From assembly GCA_041666245.1 (NCBI GenBank), contig JBAYHG010000008.1, forward strand, positions 16,049 to 80,048: a stretch of 64,000 nucleotides of DNA. Reading direction: 5' to 3'. The position numbers and the translations under genes were made by a program. The stretch is from Candidatus Peribacteraceae bacterium. GTDB taxonomy: Bacteria > Patescibacteriota > Gracilibacteria > Peribacterales > Peribacteraceae. This document shows, one piece after another, positions 44,277 through 52,700 of the stretch; within the stretch, counting starts at the first letter, position 1; the number at the start of each line of letters is the position of its first letter. A model generated the notes under the pieces. That model was given only the letters and a program-made list of their open reading frames with translations, was not told the origin of the DNA and ran no database searches.

Positions 44277-44538
44277 GGGGAGGAGGGTGAGAGGATCCGG
44301 GGAGTTGTACCGTCTGGAAGCGCATTGTACTGATGCCAGCGAGAGGAGCAAGGGGTCACGACTCTCCCTGTTGTTCAACGACGAACCGGGACAGTGAAAC
44401 GAAACGATCGAACCGCATCATGGAGGAATCCATCCTGCCCTCTCTTCTGAGATCCCGCAATACCTCACAAGTTGCTTCGCTTGGCCACCCTGAGTTTTTG
44501 CAGGAAACAAGCCATCTTTGATACCATCACCCGCTGAG

Positions 44539-44979
44539 ATGAGCTCTTCTCCCTTCCACGGCATCTTCAGCGCACTCAGCCAGGGGGCTTTGAAGGGGAA
44601 ACTGTCTCTCGATGAAGAGGAATCTGCGACGGAGGAGAAGGGTGAGCGGAGCGTCGGACGCGTGGCCGTGGACATCTACGAACAGGACGATTACTACATT
44701 ATCAAAGCGCCCATCGCAGGCGTCCGGATGGCCGATCTGGACATTGAGGTGAACGAGAATGTTCTCACGATACGAGGGAACCGACGGCAGACCGACGACG
44801 TGGCGGCGGGGCAGTACTATTTGCAGGAATGTTTCTGGGGACCCTTCAAACGTTCCGTCACGCTCCCCTGTGTCATCGATCCCAAGCGGGTGAGAGCGAC
44901 ATTCAACAAGGAAGGCATTCTGAAAGTCCTGGTTCCGAAAGAAGAGAAGGTGAAAATCGTGAAAATCAACGAAGGTTGA
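44539..44979 (+). CDS. Hsp20/alpha-crystallin small heat-shock protein
   Basis: VDIYEQDDYYIIKAPIAGVRMADLDIEVNENVLTIRGNR ... FKRSVTLPCVIDPKRVRATFNKEGILKVLVPK is a typical ACD. Confidence 0.9.
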   Translation: MSSSPFHGIFSALSQGALKGKLSLDEEESATEEKGERSVGRVAVDIYEQDDYYIIKAPIAGVRMADLDIEVNENVLTIRGNRRQTDDVAAGQYYLQECFWGPFKRSVTLPCVIDPKRVRATFNKEGILKVLVPKEEKVKIVKINEG

Positions 44980-45054
44980 AACCGAGAGTGCCGCCTGCCC
45001 TGAGCGATCCCGCGCAAGCGGGAGAGTCGAAGGGTGAAGATCAACGAAGGGTGA
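44959..45054. repeat. Imperfect 21-nt direct repeat of the hsp20 3' end flanking a GC-rich palindromic insert
   Basis: gtgaaaatcaacgaaggttga (44959-44979) versus gtgaagatcaacgaagggtga (45034-45054) match at 19 of 21 positions. The insert carries gccctgagcg and hairpin tcccgc-gcaa-gcggga (45008-45023). Confidence 0.55.
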
Positions 45055-45057
45055 GCC

Positions 45058-45417
45058 TCACTTCCTCTTTGACTTTTTTGTCGTCTTCTTCTTCCTGCTC
45101 ATCCTGACGACCGCGGACCGTGCGGCACGGGCGGGCATTCTCTTCGCGAGACGCTTCCGCACGCTCCCCGCAACGGGTGATGTCCGGAGTTTCAGGATAA
45201 CTTCCGCCGGAAGTTTCACGAGTGAGTCGAACACATCCATGCCGCCCATGTAACGCCAGTCGACGACGTTCAGAAGCTTCTCGAACTCCCGCATGGCACT
45301 ACGAACCTCCTTCCGCGCATCCGGATCGCGCAGGTCGCTCTCGAGCGAGGTGAGCAGTTTCGTCTGGAGGAGGTACAAATTGTGCACGCGATCAAGGGCT
45401 CGGTCGGCGTTCGTCAT
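45058..45417 (-). CDS. Hypothetical helical protein with highly basic C-terminal tail
   Basis: MTNADRALDRVHNLYLLQTKLL ... SRKKKTTKKSKRK. Start uncertain (45417 or 45450). No family recognised. Confidence 0.4.
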   Translation of the reverse strand: MTNADRALDRVHNLYLLQTKLLTSLESDLRDPDARKEVRSAMREFEKLLNVVDWRYMGGMDVFDSLVKLPAEVILKLRTSPVAGSVRKRLAKRMPARAARSAVVRMSRKKKTTKKSKRK

Positions 45418-45679
45418 GGGGAGTGGTGGGAATGTGAATGTTCGAATCATTGTAGCGTTTTGAGACTGAAACGTCAAACCTGTCACGAATTCCCGAGCGG
45501 ATCGGCAGATAGATAAACGGGGCTTTAGCCCTTCTGTAAGCCAAAATTCGTATGTCAGCTCGAATGGACATTTGAGAATGGCTCCTGGATGCGAAAAGAT
45601 CATGTTACGCGCGAGAAGTCACTCACCCCACGCGCCAACGACAGACGGGCCGCCCATTCTCCGGAGTAACATGTCCGGC

Positions 45680-46252
45680 ATGAGCATCGTGACGAAGAAA
45701 GGCGACGGCGGCGAAACAGGCCTCCTCGGAAAGACACGTCTCCCGAAATCCGACGTGCGCTTCCATGCCATGGGGACGGTGGATGAATTGAATGCATTGG
45801 TGGGAGCGGCTCTTTCATCCCTCATCCCCAGCCCCTCTCCCGAGGGGAGAGGGGAGCACGTTTCACCACGAATTGAGTCTCAACTGATTCGACTCCAGCA
45901 CCTCCTCTCCCGTCTCGGCGCGGATCTGGCTTCTCCGGAGGGAACAAAGGATGTGATACGAATCGGGACGGAACACACGAAAGAGATTGAGGAGTGGATC
46001 GGGGCGTTGGAATCCTCCCTGCCGCCTCTCTCGGTCTTCATCCTGCCGGGAGGATCCGGCGGCGGGGCACGCCTCCATGTCGCCCGCGCCGTCTGCCGCC
46101 GCGCGGAGCGATGGACCGTGGCGCTCTCGGAATTCGAGGACATCAACCGCGAGGCGATCATCTTCCTGAACCGGCTCGGAGATTATTTGTTTCTGGCCGC
46201 GAGAGAGGTGAATCGTGCGGCGGGAGCAGCGGAAGTGAAGGCAGCGTACTGA
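45680..46252 (+). CDS. PduO-type ATP:cob(I)alamin adenosyltransferase (MMAB family)
   Basis: TKKGDGGETGL, GTVDELNALVG and LSVFILPGGSGGGARLHVARAVCRRAER match family motifs. Start at 45671 or 45680. Confidence 0.85.
   Translation: MSIVTKKGDGGETGLLGKTRLPKSDVRFHAMGTVDELNALVGAALSSLIPSPSPEGRGEHVSPRIESQLIRLQHLLSRLGADLASPEGTKDVIRIGTEHTKEIEEWIGALESSLPPLSVFILPGGSGGGARLHVARAVCRRAERWTVALSEFEDINREAIIFLNRLGDYLFLAAREVNRAAGAAEVKAAY
45832..45854. repeat. GC-rich perfect palindrome lying in frame inside the adenosyltransferase gene
   Basis: cccctctccc-gag-gggagagggg is a 10-bp stem. It is translated as PSPSPEGRGE between the conserved DELNALVG block and the IESQLIRLQ block. Confidence 0.6.
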
Positions 46253-46313
46253 AAGAACGCCGGCAACGGGGGTGAACCCGCTGCCGGACCGTCCTGTTTT
46301 TCTAAGACCATTA

Positions 46314-46562
46314 TCAGGTCTCGCTCACGAGGATGAAGTCGTTCTCTCCCTGACGGCGGAACCTCCGCTTGCTGACGTCTTCCCGGAGCTTCTCCATCGC
46401 CACACCGTTGAGCGAGGCAACATTGAGCCACGGGACTCTCTGTTCTTCGCGGGTGAAAGGACAGACGAGGAGGAGATCCTCATCAGACGGGGGATCGAGC
46501 AGTCTGGTCATCCAGAGATCCTTCCACTGTGCGCAGCTCTTCTCGCCGAAGGGAGCCGCCAA
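46314..46562 (-). CDS. Hypothetical protein, or 3' fragment of a disrupted gene
   Basis: 82-aa ORF (WKDLWMTRLLDPPSDEDLLLVCPFTREEQRVPWLNVASLNGVAMEKL). No family recognised. It lies 44 nt downstream of ORF 46607..46867 in another frame. Confidence 0.3.
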   Translation of the reverse strand: MAAPFGEKSCAQWKDLWMTRLLDPPSDEDLLLVCPFTREEQRVPWLNVASLNGVAMEKLREDVSKRRFRRQGENDFILVSET

Positions 46563-46606
46563 CCACTCCTCCGGAACACTGACGTGGCACGCTCTGACGA
46601 ACGAAT

Positions 46607-46867
46607 TCAGCCATTGCGTTCCCTGCTATGCCATCCAGACAGAGTAGAGAACTGGGGATTGGCATGTGGAGCGTAGAAGGCTCCCTGCGCGCACATGAGG
46701 GATCGCTCCCCTGTCATACGTGCCGTGTCTCCGCGCCGGAGTACCGGGTTCGTCGCATTCGCTGCCTTTGCGGCACTGTCCGGCACATACACGTCGCGCA
46801 GGAGAACCACAATGAACGGTTCGGAGGAAATCGGCTTCTGTCGATGTGCCACCAAGTGTCTTTTCAT
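46607..46867 (-). CDS. Hypothetical protein, or 5' fragment of a disrupted gene
   Basis: 86-aa ORF (MKRHLVAHRQKPISSEPFIVVLLRDVYVPDS). No family recognised. Confidence 0.3.
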   Translation of the reverse strand: MKRHLVAHRQKPISSEPFIVVLLRDVYVPDSAAKAANATNPVLRRGDTARMTGERSLMCAQGAFYAPHANPQFSTLSGWHSRERNG

Positions 46868-46963
46868 CGCTCACCTCAACTTTCTATGAGTGGACTGAAA
46901 CATGGCCGGAGAAAAAAAGAACGGAGGGTCAGAATACTGCATATTCTTGCATCCAACAACGCG

Positions 46964-47314
46964 TCACTTCGGCCAGAAATTCAACACGAGGAGGAGTACA
47001 AAGAAGACAATCAGCGGCGCGCCGATGCTCAGGGCGAGCCTCCATGAGTGCCGTTCGGAAGAGCGGAGACTCAGATACAAACTCATGCCTGCGTACAGCA
47101 GCGACGTGAGGACGAGCGGGAGATCGGCGACCTGCATCCACCACGCGGGCCACACCCCCAAGACACTCTTGGCGAGGAGCATGTACGCGATGAAGAACGT
47201 CGCACCGAGGACGTAGAAGAAGAACGCGGAGAGTTGATGGATGGTTCGGATCACAGCCGGAAGTATATCACACCGAATGAGGTGCCTGATTCTGCTGATC
47301 GGTGAGGAACGCAT
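46964..47314 (-). CDS. Hypothetical integral membrane protein (three predicted TM helices)
   Basis: LSAFFFYVLGATFFIAYMLLA, WWMQVADLPLVLTSLLYAGMSLYL, LALSIGAPLIVFFVLLLVLNF. Confidence 0.5.
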   Translation of the reverse strand: MRSSPISRIRHLIRCDILPAVIRTIHQLSAFFFYVLGATFFIAYMLLAKSVLGVWPAWWMQVADLPLVLTSLLYAGMSLYLSLRSSERHSWRLALSIGAPLIVFFVLLLVLNFWPK

Positions 47315-47560
47315 CTCTTCCTGATATCTTTGGATCTAATCCGTAGAGAAATGCTCTCGCCTGCTCAAACGTCATTCCCCTCATATCGACATCATCCTGC
47401 GTCTCCGGCGTGCCGGTTCCGCTTTCGGCTTTCACTCCTGGCTGTTCCGAAGATGGGGAATCCTGCTCCATTGGAGCGGGATGGTACTCCAACTGCTCTC
47501 AAGCACAAGAACAGAGCAGCAACTATCTGGAAAACGGCATCCAATTCAAGAAATATCGAG

Positions 47561-47600
47561 CAAACCAGCAAACGAGCTAACGAGAAATCGTTCGAGCAGC
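47561..47600. repeat. Third copy of the CAACCAGCTAACGAGCTAAC-type word repeat, just downstream of rpmH
   Basis: caaaccagcaaacgagctaacgagaaatcgttcgagcagc. Compare 43998-44017 and 29627-29646. Confidence 0.4.
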
Positions 47601-47602
47601 GT

Positions 47603-47758
47603 TCACAGTTGTCGCTTCTTCTTCCGATGCTGCACCGTGAGGATCTTGCGTCCCGTGCGGCGGCGGCGCGCAAGAACTTTGCGGCCGTTCGCCGTTTTGC
47701 TTCGCTTCAGGAACCCGTGGGTTCGAAGCCGCCGTCTCCATCTGAGCTTATTCAACAT
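47603..47758 (-). CDS. rpmH: 50S ribosomal protein L34
   Basis: MLNKLRWRRRLRTHGFLKRSKTANGRKVLARRRRTGRKILTVQHRKKKRQL matches the L34 consensus (RTHGF..R..T..GR.VL..RR.KGRK.LTV). It is the C-terminal 51 codons of the otherwise spurious ORF 47603..48451. Confidence 0.85.
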   Translation of the reverse strand: MLNKLRWRRRLRTHGFLKRSKTANGRKVLARRRRTGRKILTVQHRKKKRQL

Positions 47759-47926
47759 AGCCGCGAGAGAGTACAGGAGGGGCGGGATGAGGTAAAGGGA
47801 AGATCTGAGAGGAAACCGGGGCATCCGACGAAACCGAGGAGTATGAATCCTTGGATTCTCCGGGTTCCTCGGCTTCCCATCATCCTTTGCTGGTTCTAGC
47901 CCCGCTCTTTCAGTAGACTCCGCCCC

Positions 47927-49186
47927 ATGTACACCGTCTCCAACCTCAAAAGCGGCCTCCCCGTCCTCACGGCCGGCAGTGATGCCACGGCTTCCGTGAC
48001 CGTCCTCGTCTTCGCCGGCGCCGGCTCGCGTTACGAAACGCAGAAAGACCGCGGCATCAGCCACTTCCTGGAACACATGTTCTTCAAGGGCGGAAAGAAA
48101 TTCCGCAACACGAAGGAAGTGAGCGCCGCCATCGACGGCGTCGGCGGCGACTTCAACGCATTCACGGGCAAAGAGTATGCGGGCTACTACGTGAAAGTGG
48201 CGGCGGAGCACGTGCGTCTCGCGTGCGACGTCCTCGGCGACATGCTGCTCAATGCCTCCTTCCCCCCCGAGGAAATCGAGAAGGAGCGCGGCGTCATCAA
48301 AGAGGAAGAACGGATGTACCAGGACACGCCCATGTATCGGTCCGGCTGGGACTTCGAAGAACTCCTCTTCGGCGACCATCCGCTGGGTTGGGACACCATC
48401 GGCACGATGGAGGTGATCAATTCGGTGCAGCAGAAAGATTTTAGGAATCATCGCGACGTTCTCTACACGCCGAAGAATCTCGTGGCGGCGTTCGCGGGGA
48501 AGATCACGGCGAAGGATGCGGAATCGCTCTCGAAGGAGTACTTCGGCGAGCTCTCCGGCGAGAGCAAGCCGTCATTCCATCCTTTCACGAACTACAACAC
48601 GAAGAAAATCTTCCTCCGGACCAAGGCCACCGAGCAGGCGCACCTCGTCTTCGGGATGCCGGGCGTGTCCGCGCTCGATCCCGACCACTTCACACAGAAA
48701 CTCCTCGCCGTGATCCTGGGCGGCAACATGAGCTCGCGCATGTTTCTCAACATCCGCGAAGCGAAGGGGCTGTGCTACTACATCTCCACCGACATCGACA
48801 GCTACCTGGATGCCGGCTCCCTCTCCACCCGTGCGGGCGTGGATCAGGCACGGCTGGAGGAGGCGATCGTCGCCATCCGCAAGGAGTACGAGACCTGCGC
48901 GAAGGACGGTGTGACGACGGAAGAGCTGGCTCGGGCGAAATCCTTCATGAAGGGCAAGATCGCCCTCTCGCTCGAGGACTCCGAGGAGCTGGCGCACTTC
49001 CTCGGAAAGCAGCAGCTCCTGTATCCGACCGTGCGCGACGTCGCCGACTACTTTGCAGAGATCGAGAAGGTGACGCTCCCGGCAGTGAATGCGCTGGCGA
49101 AGCGGCTCCTCACCCCCGAGCAATTCAGGCTCTCGGTGATCGGGAAAGAGAGTGATGAGAAGAAGCTCCAGGCGCTGTTGGAGTGA
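47927..49186 (+). CDS. M16-family (pitrilysin/insulinase-like) zinc peptidase
   Basis: Inverted zinc motif HFLEHMFFKG (HxxEH) near the N-terminus; 419 aa, two-lobe length. Confidence 0.85.
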   Translation: MYTVSNLKSGLPVLTAGSDATASVTVLVFAGAGSRYETQKDRGISHFLEHMFFKGGKKFRNTKEVSAAIDGVGGDFNAFTGKEYAGYYVKVAAEHVRLACDVLGDMLLNASFPPEEIEKERGVIKEEERMYQDTPMYRSGWDFEELLFGDHPLGWDTIGTMEVINSVQQKDFRNHRDVLYTPKNLVAAFAGKITAKDAESLSKEYFGELSGESKPSFHPFTNYNTKKIFLRTKATEQAHLVFGMPGVSALDPDHFTQKLLAVILGGNMSSRMFLNIREAKGLCYYISTDIDSYLDAGSLSTRAGVDQARLEEAIVAIRKEYETCAKDGVTTEELARAKSFMKGKIALSLEDSEELAHFLGKQQLLYPTVRDVADYFAEIEKVTLPAVNALAKRLLTPEQFRLSVIGKESDEKKLQALLE

Positions 49187-49268
49187 CGCAGAAGCGGCTA
49201 CTCCCCGTCTACCGGAACACTGCCCGCGAAAACCGCCCCTTCCTTTCGCACGTACTTTCGGCTATACA

Positions 49269-49709
49269 ATGGCAACTTCCCCGTCTCCCATGCAGCAGAC
49301 CCTCATCCTCCTCAAACCGGACGCCATCCAGAAGCGACTCGTCGGCCGTGTCATCGCGCGGTTCGAGGAAGCGGGCTTCACGATCCGCGGATGCAAGATG
49401 CTGCACCTGCGCAAAGAGCTTCTGCGCGAGCACTACGCACACATCGCGGACAAACCTTTCTACCCCGACGTGGAGGCCTTCATGAGCTCAACACCGGTCA
49501 TCGCACTGGTACTGGAAGGCAAGGACGTCGTGACGAAGGTACGGGACATGCTGGGCGTCACCGACAGCAGGAAAGCGGCTCCGGGCACGATCCGCGCCGA
49601 GTTCGGTGTGGATCAGATGATCAATGTGGCACACGCGAGCGACTCGCCGGAGACGGCCGTGAAGGAGGTGAAGCGGTTCTTCGCCGAGGACGAGCTGCAC
49701 GACTACTGA
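49269..49709 (+). CDS. ndk: Nucleoside diphosphate kinase
   Basis: QQTLILLKPDAIQKRLVGRVIARFEEAGFTI ... NVAHASDSPETAVKEVKRFF (active-site NxxHxSD). Confidence 0.95.
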   Translation: MATSPSPMQQTLILLKPDAIQKRLVGRVIARFEEAGFTIRGCKMLHLRKELLREHYAHIADKPFYPDVEAFMSSTPVIALVLEGKDVVTKVRDMLGVTDSRKAAPGTIRAEFGVDQMINVAHASDSPETAVKEVKRFFAEDELHDY

Positions 49710-49739
49710 AAAAAGAAGCCCCTCTCTCGAAGGGCTTCT
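49708..49739 (-). terminator. Intrinsic terminator of the giant surface-protein gene (shared convergent gap with ndk)
   Basis: Stem agaagccc (49714-49721) / gggcttct (49732-49739). The A-run at 49709-49713 gives a T-tract after the stem on the minus strand. Confidence 0.7.
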
Positions 49740-49753
49740 CTCTGGTATCGCTC

Positions 49754-52700
49754 TCAGTTGAAGAAGTACCTGGTGGATTCCACGTACCCCAGTGAATCCT
49801 CCGCCCAACGGAAAGATGTCGCCGAGCCCTGATCTGCATCTTCCCAGAGCAAGTGACTTCCGGTCGTCCCGAAGGAGAGACCGGGCTTGTTGAACTGCCG
49901 GAGCGAAACGATGAGCTGCGATGATTTCGCATCATCCACTTTGGGATTCAGGATCGTGACACGGAGCTTGAAGGTGGAGGATGTCCCTTGCTCGATCTGC
50001 GTATCCAAGACGCCGTCCCGCAGGTTGCAGTATGCGAGGAAGGAACCGGAGATTTCACCCGTGAGCTGCGTACCCGTCTTCGAGTAGGCCCTGCAGGACC
50101 TCACCACGTCCGGAGCAGCGCTGTTGTAGAATTGAAGGCTGTCGGCGTTGACCGTGACGTTGGCCGTGACGACGTTGAAGTATGCGCCGGAGAGTGCGAT
50201 CACGTTGAGGCCGTCCTTGGTATTGACGTTCGCGGCGGCGGAGAATGTGAAGGCTGCGACATCCTTCGCTCCTGCAGAGAGCGCGGTATTGTCTGCATCC
50301 TCATTTGCATCCGTAATGGAGAGGACTTTCGCGTACACCGGATACTGAATCGTGCCGTAGACGGTTTTGTTCTTCGTCGCGGGATTCACCAGGCGGTCAC
50401 TGGGGAAGACGAGGATTTCGCCCGCCGCGGCGCCGTTGCCGTCGTTGATCGAGAGCGGAACTGAATTCCCGGCACGAACTTCCGACGCTTCGATGCCATC
50501 CGGCGGGAGTCCGAGCTGGAAGACCTGGTGCGAAGAAGTCTGTTCATCGGAATTCGCGAGGACCCGCACCGAGAGGATGTCTCCGGCCGTTTCCGTGAGG
50601 GAAAGTCCCGTCTGAGACAGATCTGCACAGAGCATGAAGTTCGAACCAGATCCGCAGGCGGCGGCTGTCGCGTGTGCGATCGGCTCCGTCCCGCCCTTGC
50701 GGAAGATTTGCGCTTCTGCGACGGACGGATGCGGCCGGCCGTCATTGGTGATCACGTTGAATCCGATCGTATCGATGCGCACCGTATTGCCGCTGTCACC
50801 CAGATTCCCCGCTTTCAGCTTCAGCTGGAGCGCGGCCTTGCCGAGCGTGCCGCCGAGGAGCTGCGTCTGCGTACTCGTGACTGCGGTGATCGTGAGCGTC
50901 GCTTCGGGCGGCGGTATGCACGCTCCATCTCCACAGACGGATTCTGTCGGACAGGATTGCTCCTCAAGCACGATGGTGGATCCGGAGCAGGAGTACTCGC
51001 CGATCATTCCGTCCTCTCCGCAGTAGTCCACCTGCGTGACGAAGCTCCCGCTGCCGTTCGGTCCTGTCACGGTCGTCCCCTTCACGGAGAGGACCTTGCC
51101 GCTGTCGGAATCTGTGCAGGTTTCGCTCCTGCAGGCGCTATTGCACCCATCACCGTCATCATTGTTATCGTCATCGCACTCTTCCGTGCCGACCTTGATG
51201 CCGTCACCGCATGTCGAGGTGCACAGGCTGGGCTCCACATCCGGTGCGCATTCGAAGCCCACTTCCCTGGCACAGGAAGACGAACAGCCATCCCCGTTCA
51301 CGGAATTACTGTCGTCACATTGCTCCTCACCGGCCTTCTTCCCGTCACCACACTCCGTGGCACAGATCGAGAGGCTACCGGACTCGGAACAGACCCATCC
51401 ATGCTCCTGCGAACAGGAGTTGCACCCGTCATTCTCAGTGTCATTGCCGTCATCACACTCCTCTCCCTCCTCTACGACACTGTTCCCGCATTCCGCCACC
51501 TGCGGGATCTCCGTGCACTCGCTCGGCTCACCCGCACACTCCCAACCGTCGTCAATCATGCCGAGAGTACAGCCGTCGCCGTCGGTCGTATTGGCATCAT
51601 CGCATTCCTCGGTCCCGGTGATGAGACCGTCGCCGAAGATGGAGGCGCACTCGCTCTGACCCGCCTCATCCGGATTGCACTCCCAGCCGTTCTCAATCAT
51701 GCAGTACACCGAGCAACCGTCGCCGTTTCCATCATTGCCGTCGTCGCACTCCTCGCTCACTTCCGTATCCACCCAACCGTCGCCGCAGGGCGCGATGGGC
51801 AGATTGAGACAATCATGAGGACAGTTACAGGCATTCTCCCCGAGACCGCAGACGCCGTCGCCGCAGAGCGTGCAGAGGAAGCTGCCGTCTTCGTTGACTG
51901 CACAGTCACCTTCGCTGTCCCGCTGTGCGTTGCTGACGGAGATCAGATCTTCGCAACAAGCATCGTTCGTGAGGCCGCTGCCTTCCTTCCCTTCCTCGAT
52001 ACAGGCAGAGGGAATTCCACAGTCCTCGGGGCAGGCGTAGCAGGACTCGTCACACGAGTCATTCGTGCCGTCGCACCGCGTACAGGAGGTATCCTCCACT
52101 GTCATGCAGAGGCCATCACCGCAGAACGGCGCACAGACGCTCCTGCACTGCTCCGGCTCGGTCGTGCTGCCGCTCCCGGTCAGCTGAGCCCGGACAAAGG
52201 AGAAGAGGGAAGCGAAGAATGACCGCAGAGAGGCGAGAGGACCTTCGGAGGAAGTGCCGGTCGTGCCGCATTCCACGTAACACATCCAGCCGGTTTCGAC
52301 GGTGCAGGTCGCGGAACAGCCGTCGCCGTCGATCACGTTACTGTCATCACACTCCTCACCAATGAGTGTGGGAACCTGCGGATCGAAGAGGTAACGGAGA
52401 GCGATTTCGCCGTCGTAGTCTGCTTCCAGGGAACCGTTGCCGTCGATGTCGTAGTAATCCTCAAGATGTGATCCGATGAAGGCGAGAATTTCTCCGGGAG
52501 TCGTCCTCGTCGCGCCGGACCCGATGACGCCATTGACGAGTGTCGCACCCGTCATACCGGACATGTAGCGATTGAGCAGGAGACCATCAGAGAGCGCTTC
52601 CTGCGTTCCGTTGCCATCGAGATCGAGATCGATCATACCGAGGTACTGACGCACCTCACTGGCCTTCACGCGCGTCGCGGAGGGGCCGACAGAGGTTGCC

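Noticed and set aside
47268-47492. 74-aa acidic minus-strand ORF downstream of rpmH
   Set aside because: It overlaps the next membrane-protein ORF by 47 nt and has a low-complexity acidic/Pro/Ser N-terminus. With no homolog recognised, the evidence is too weak to call.
47759-48451. Upstream 231 codons of the 282-aa ORF that ends in rpmH
   Set aside because: Only the last 51 codons match L34. The remainder overlaps the M16 peptidase gene antisense and has no recognisable features.
50528-52222. 564-aa plus-strand ORF, and many other long plus-strand ORFs between 49887 and 58824
   Set aside because: They are antisense shadows of the 9.1-kb giant gene in GC-rich DNA. Their composition is Arg/Ala/Gly/His-rich with no recognisable motifs, whereas the minus-strand frame has coherent repeat domains along its whole length.
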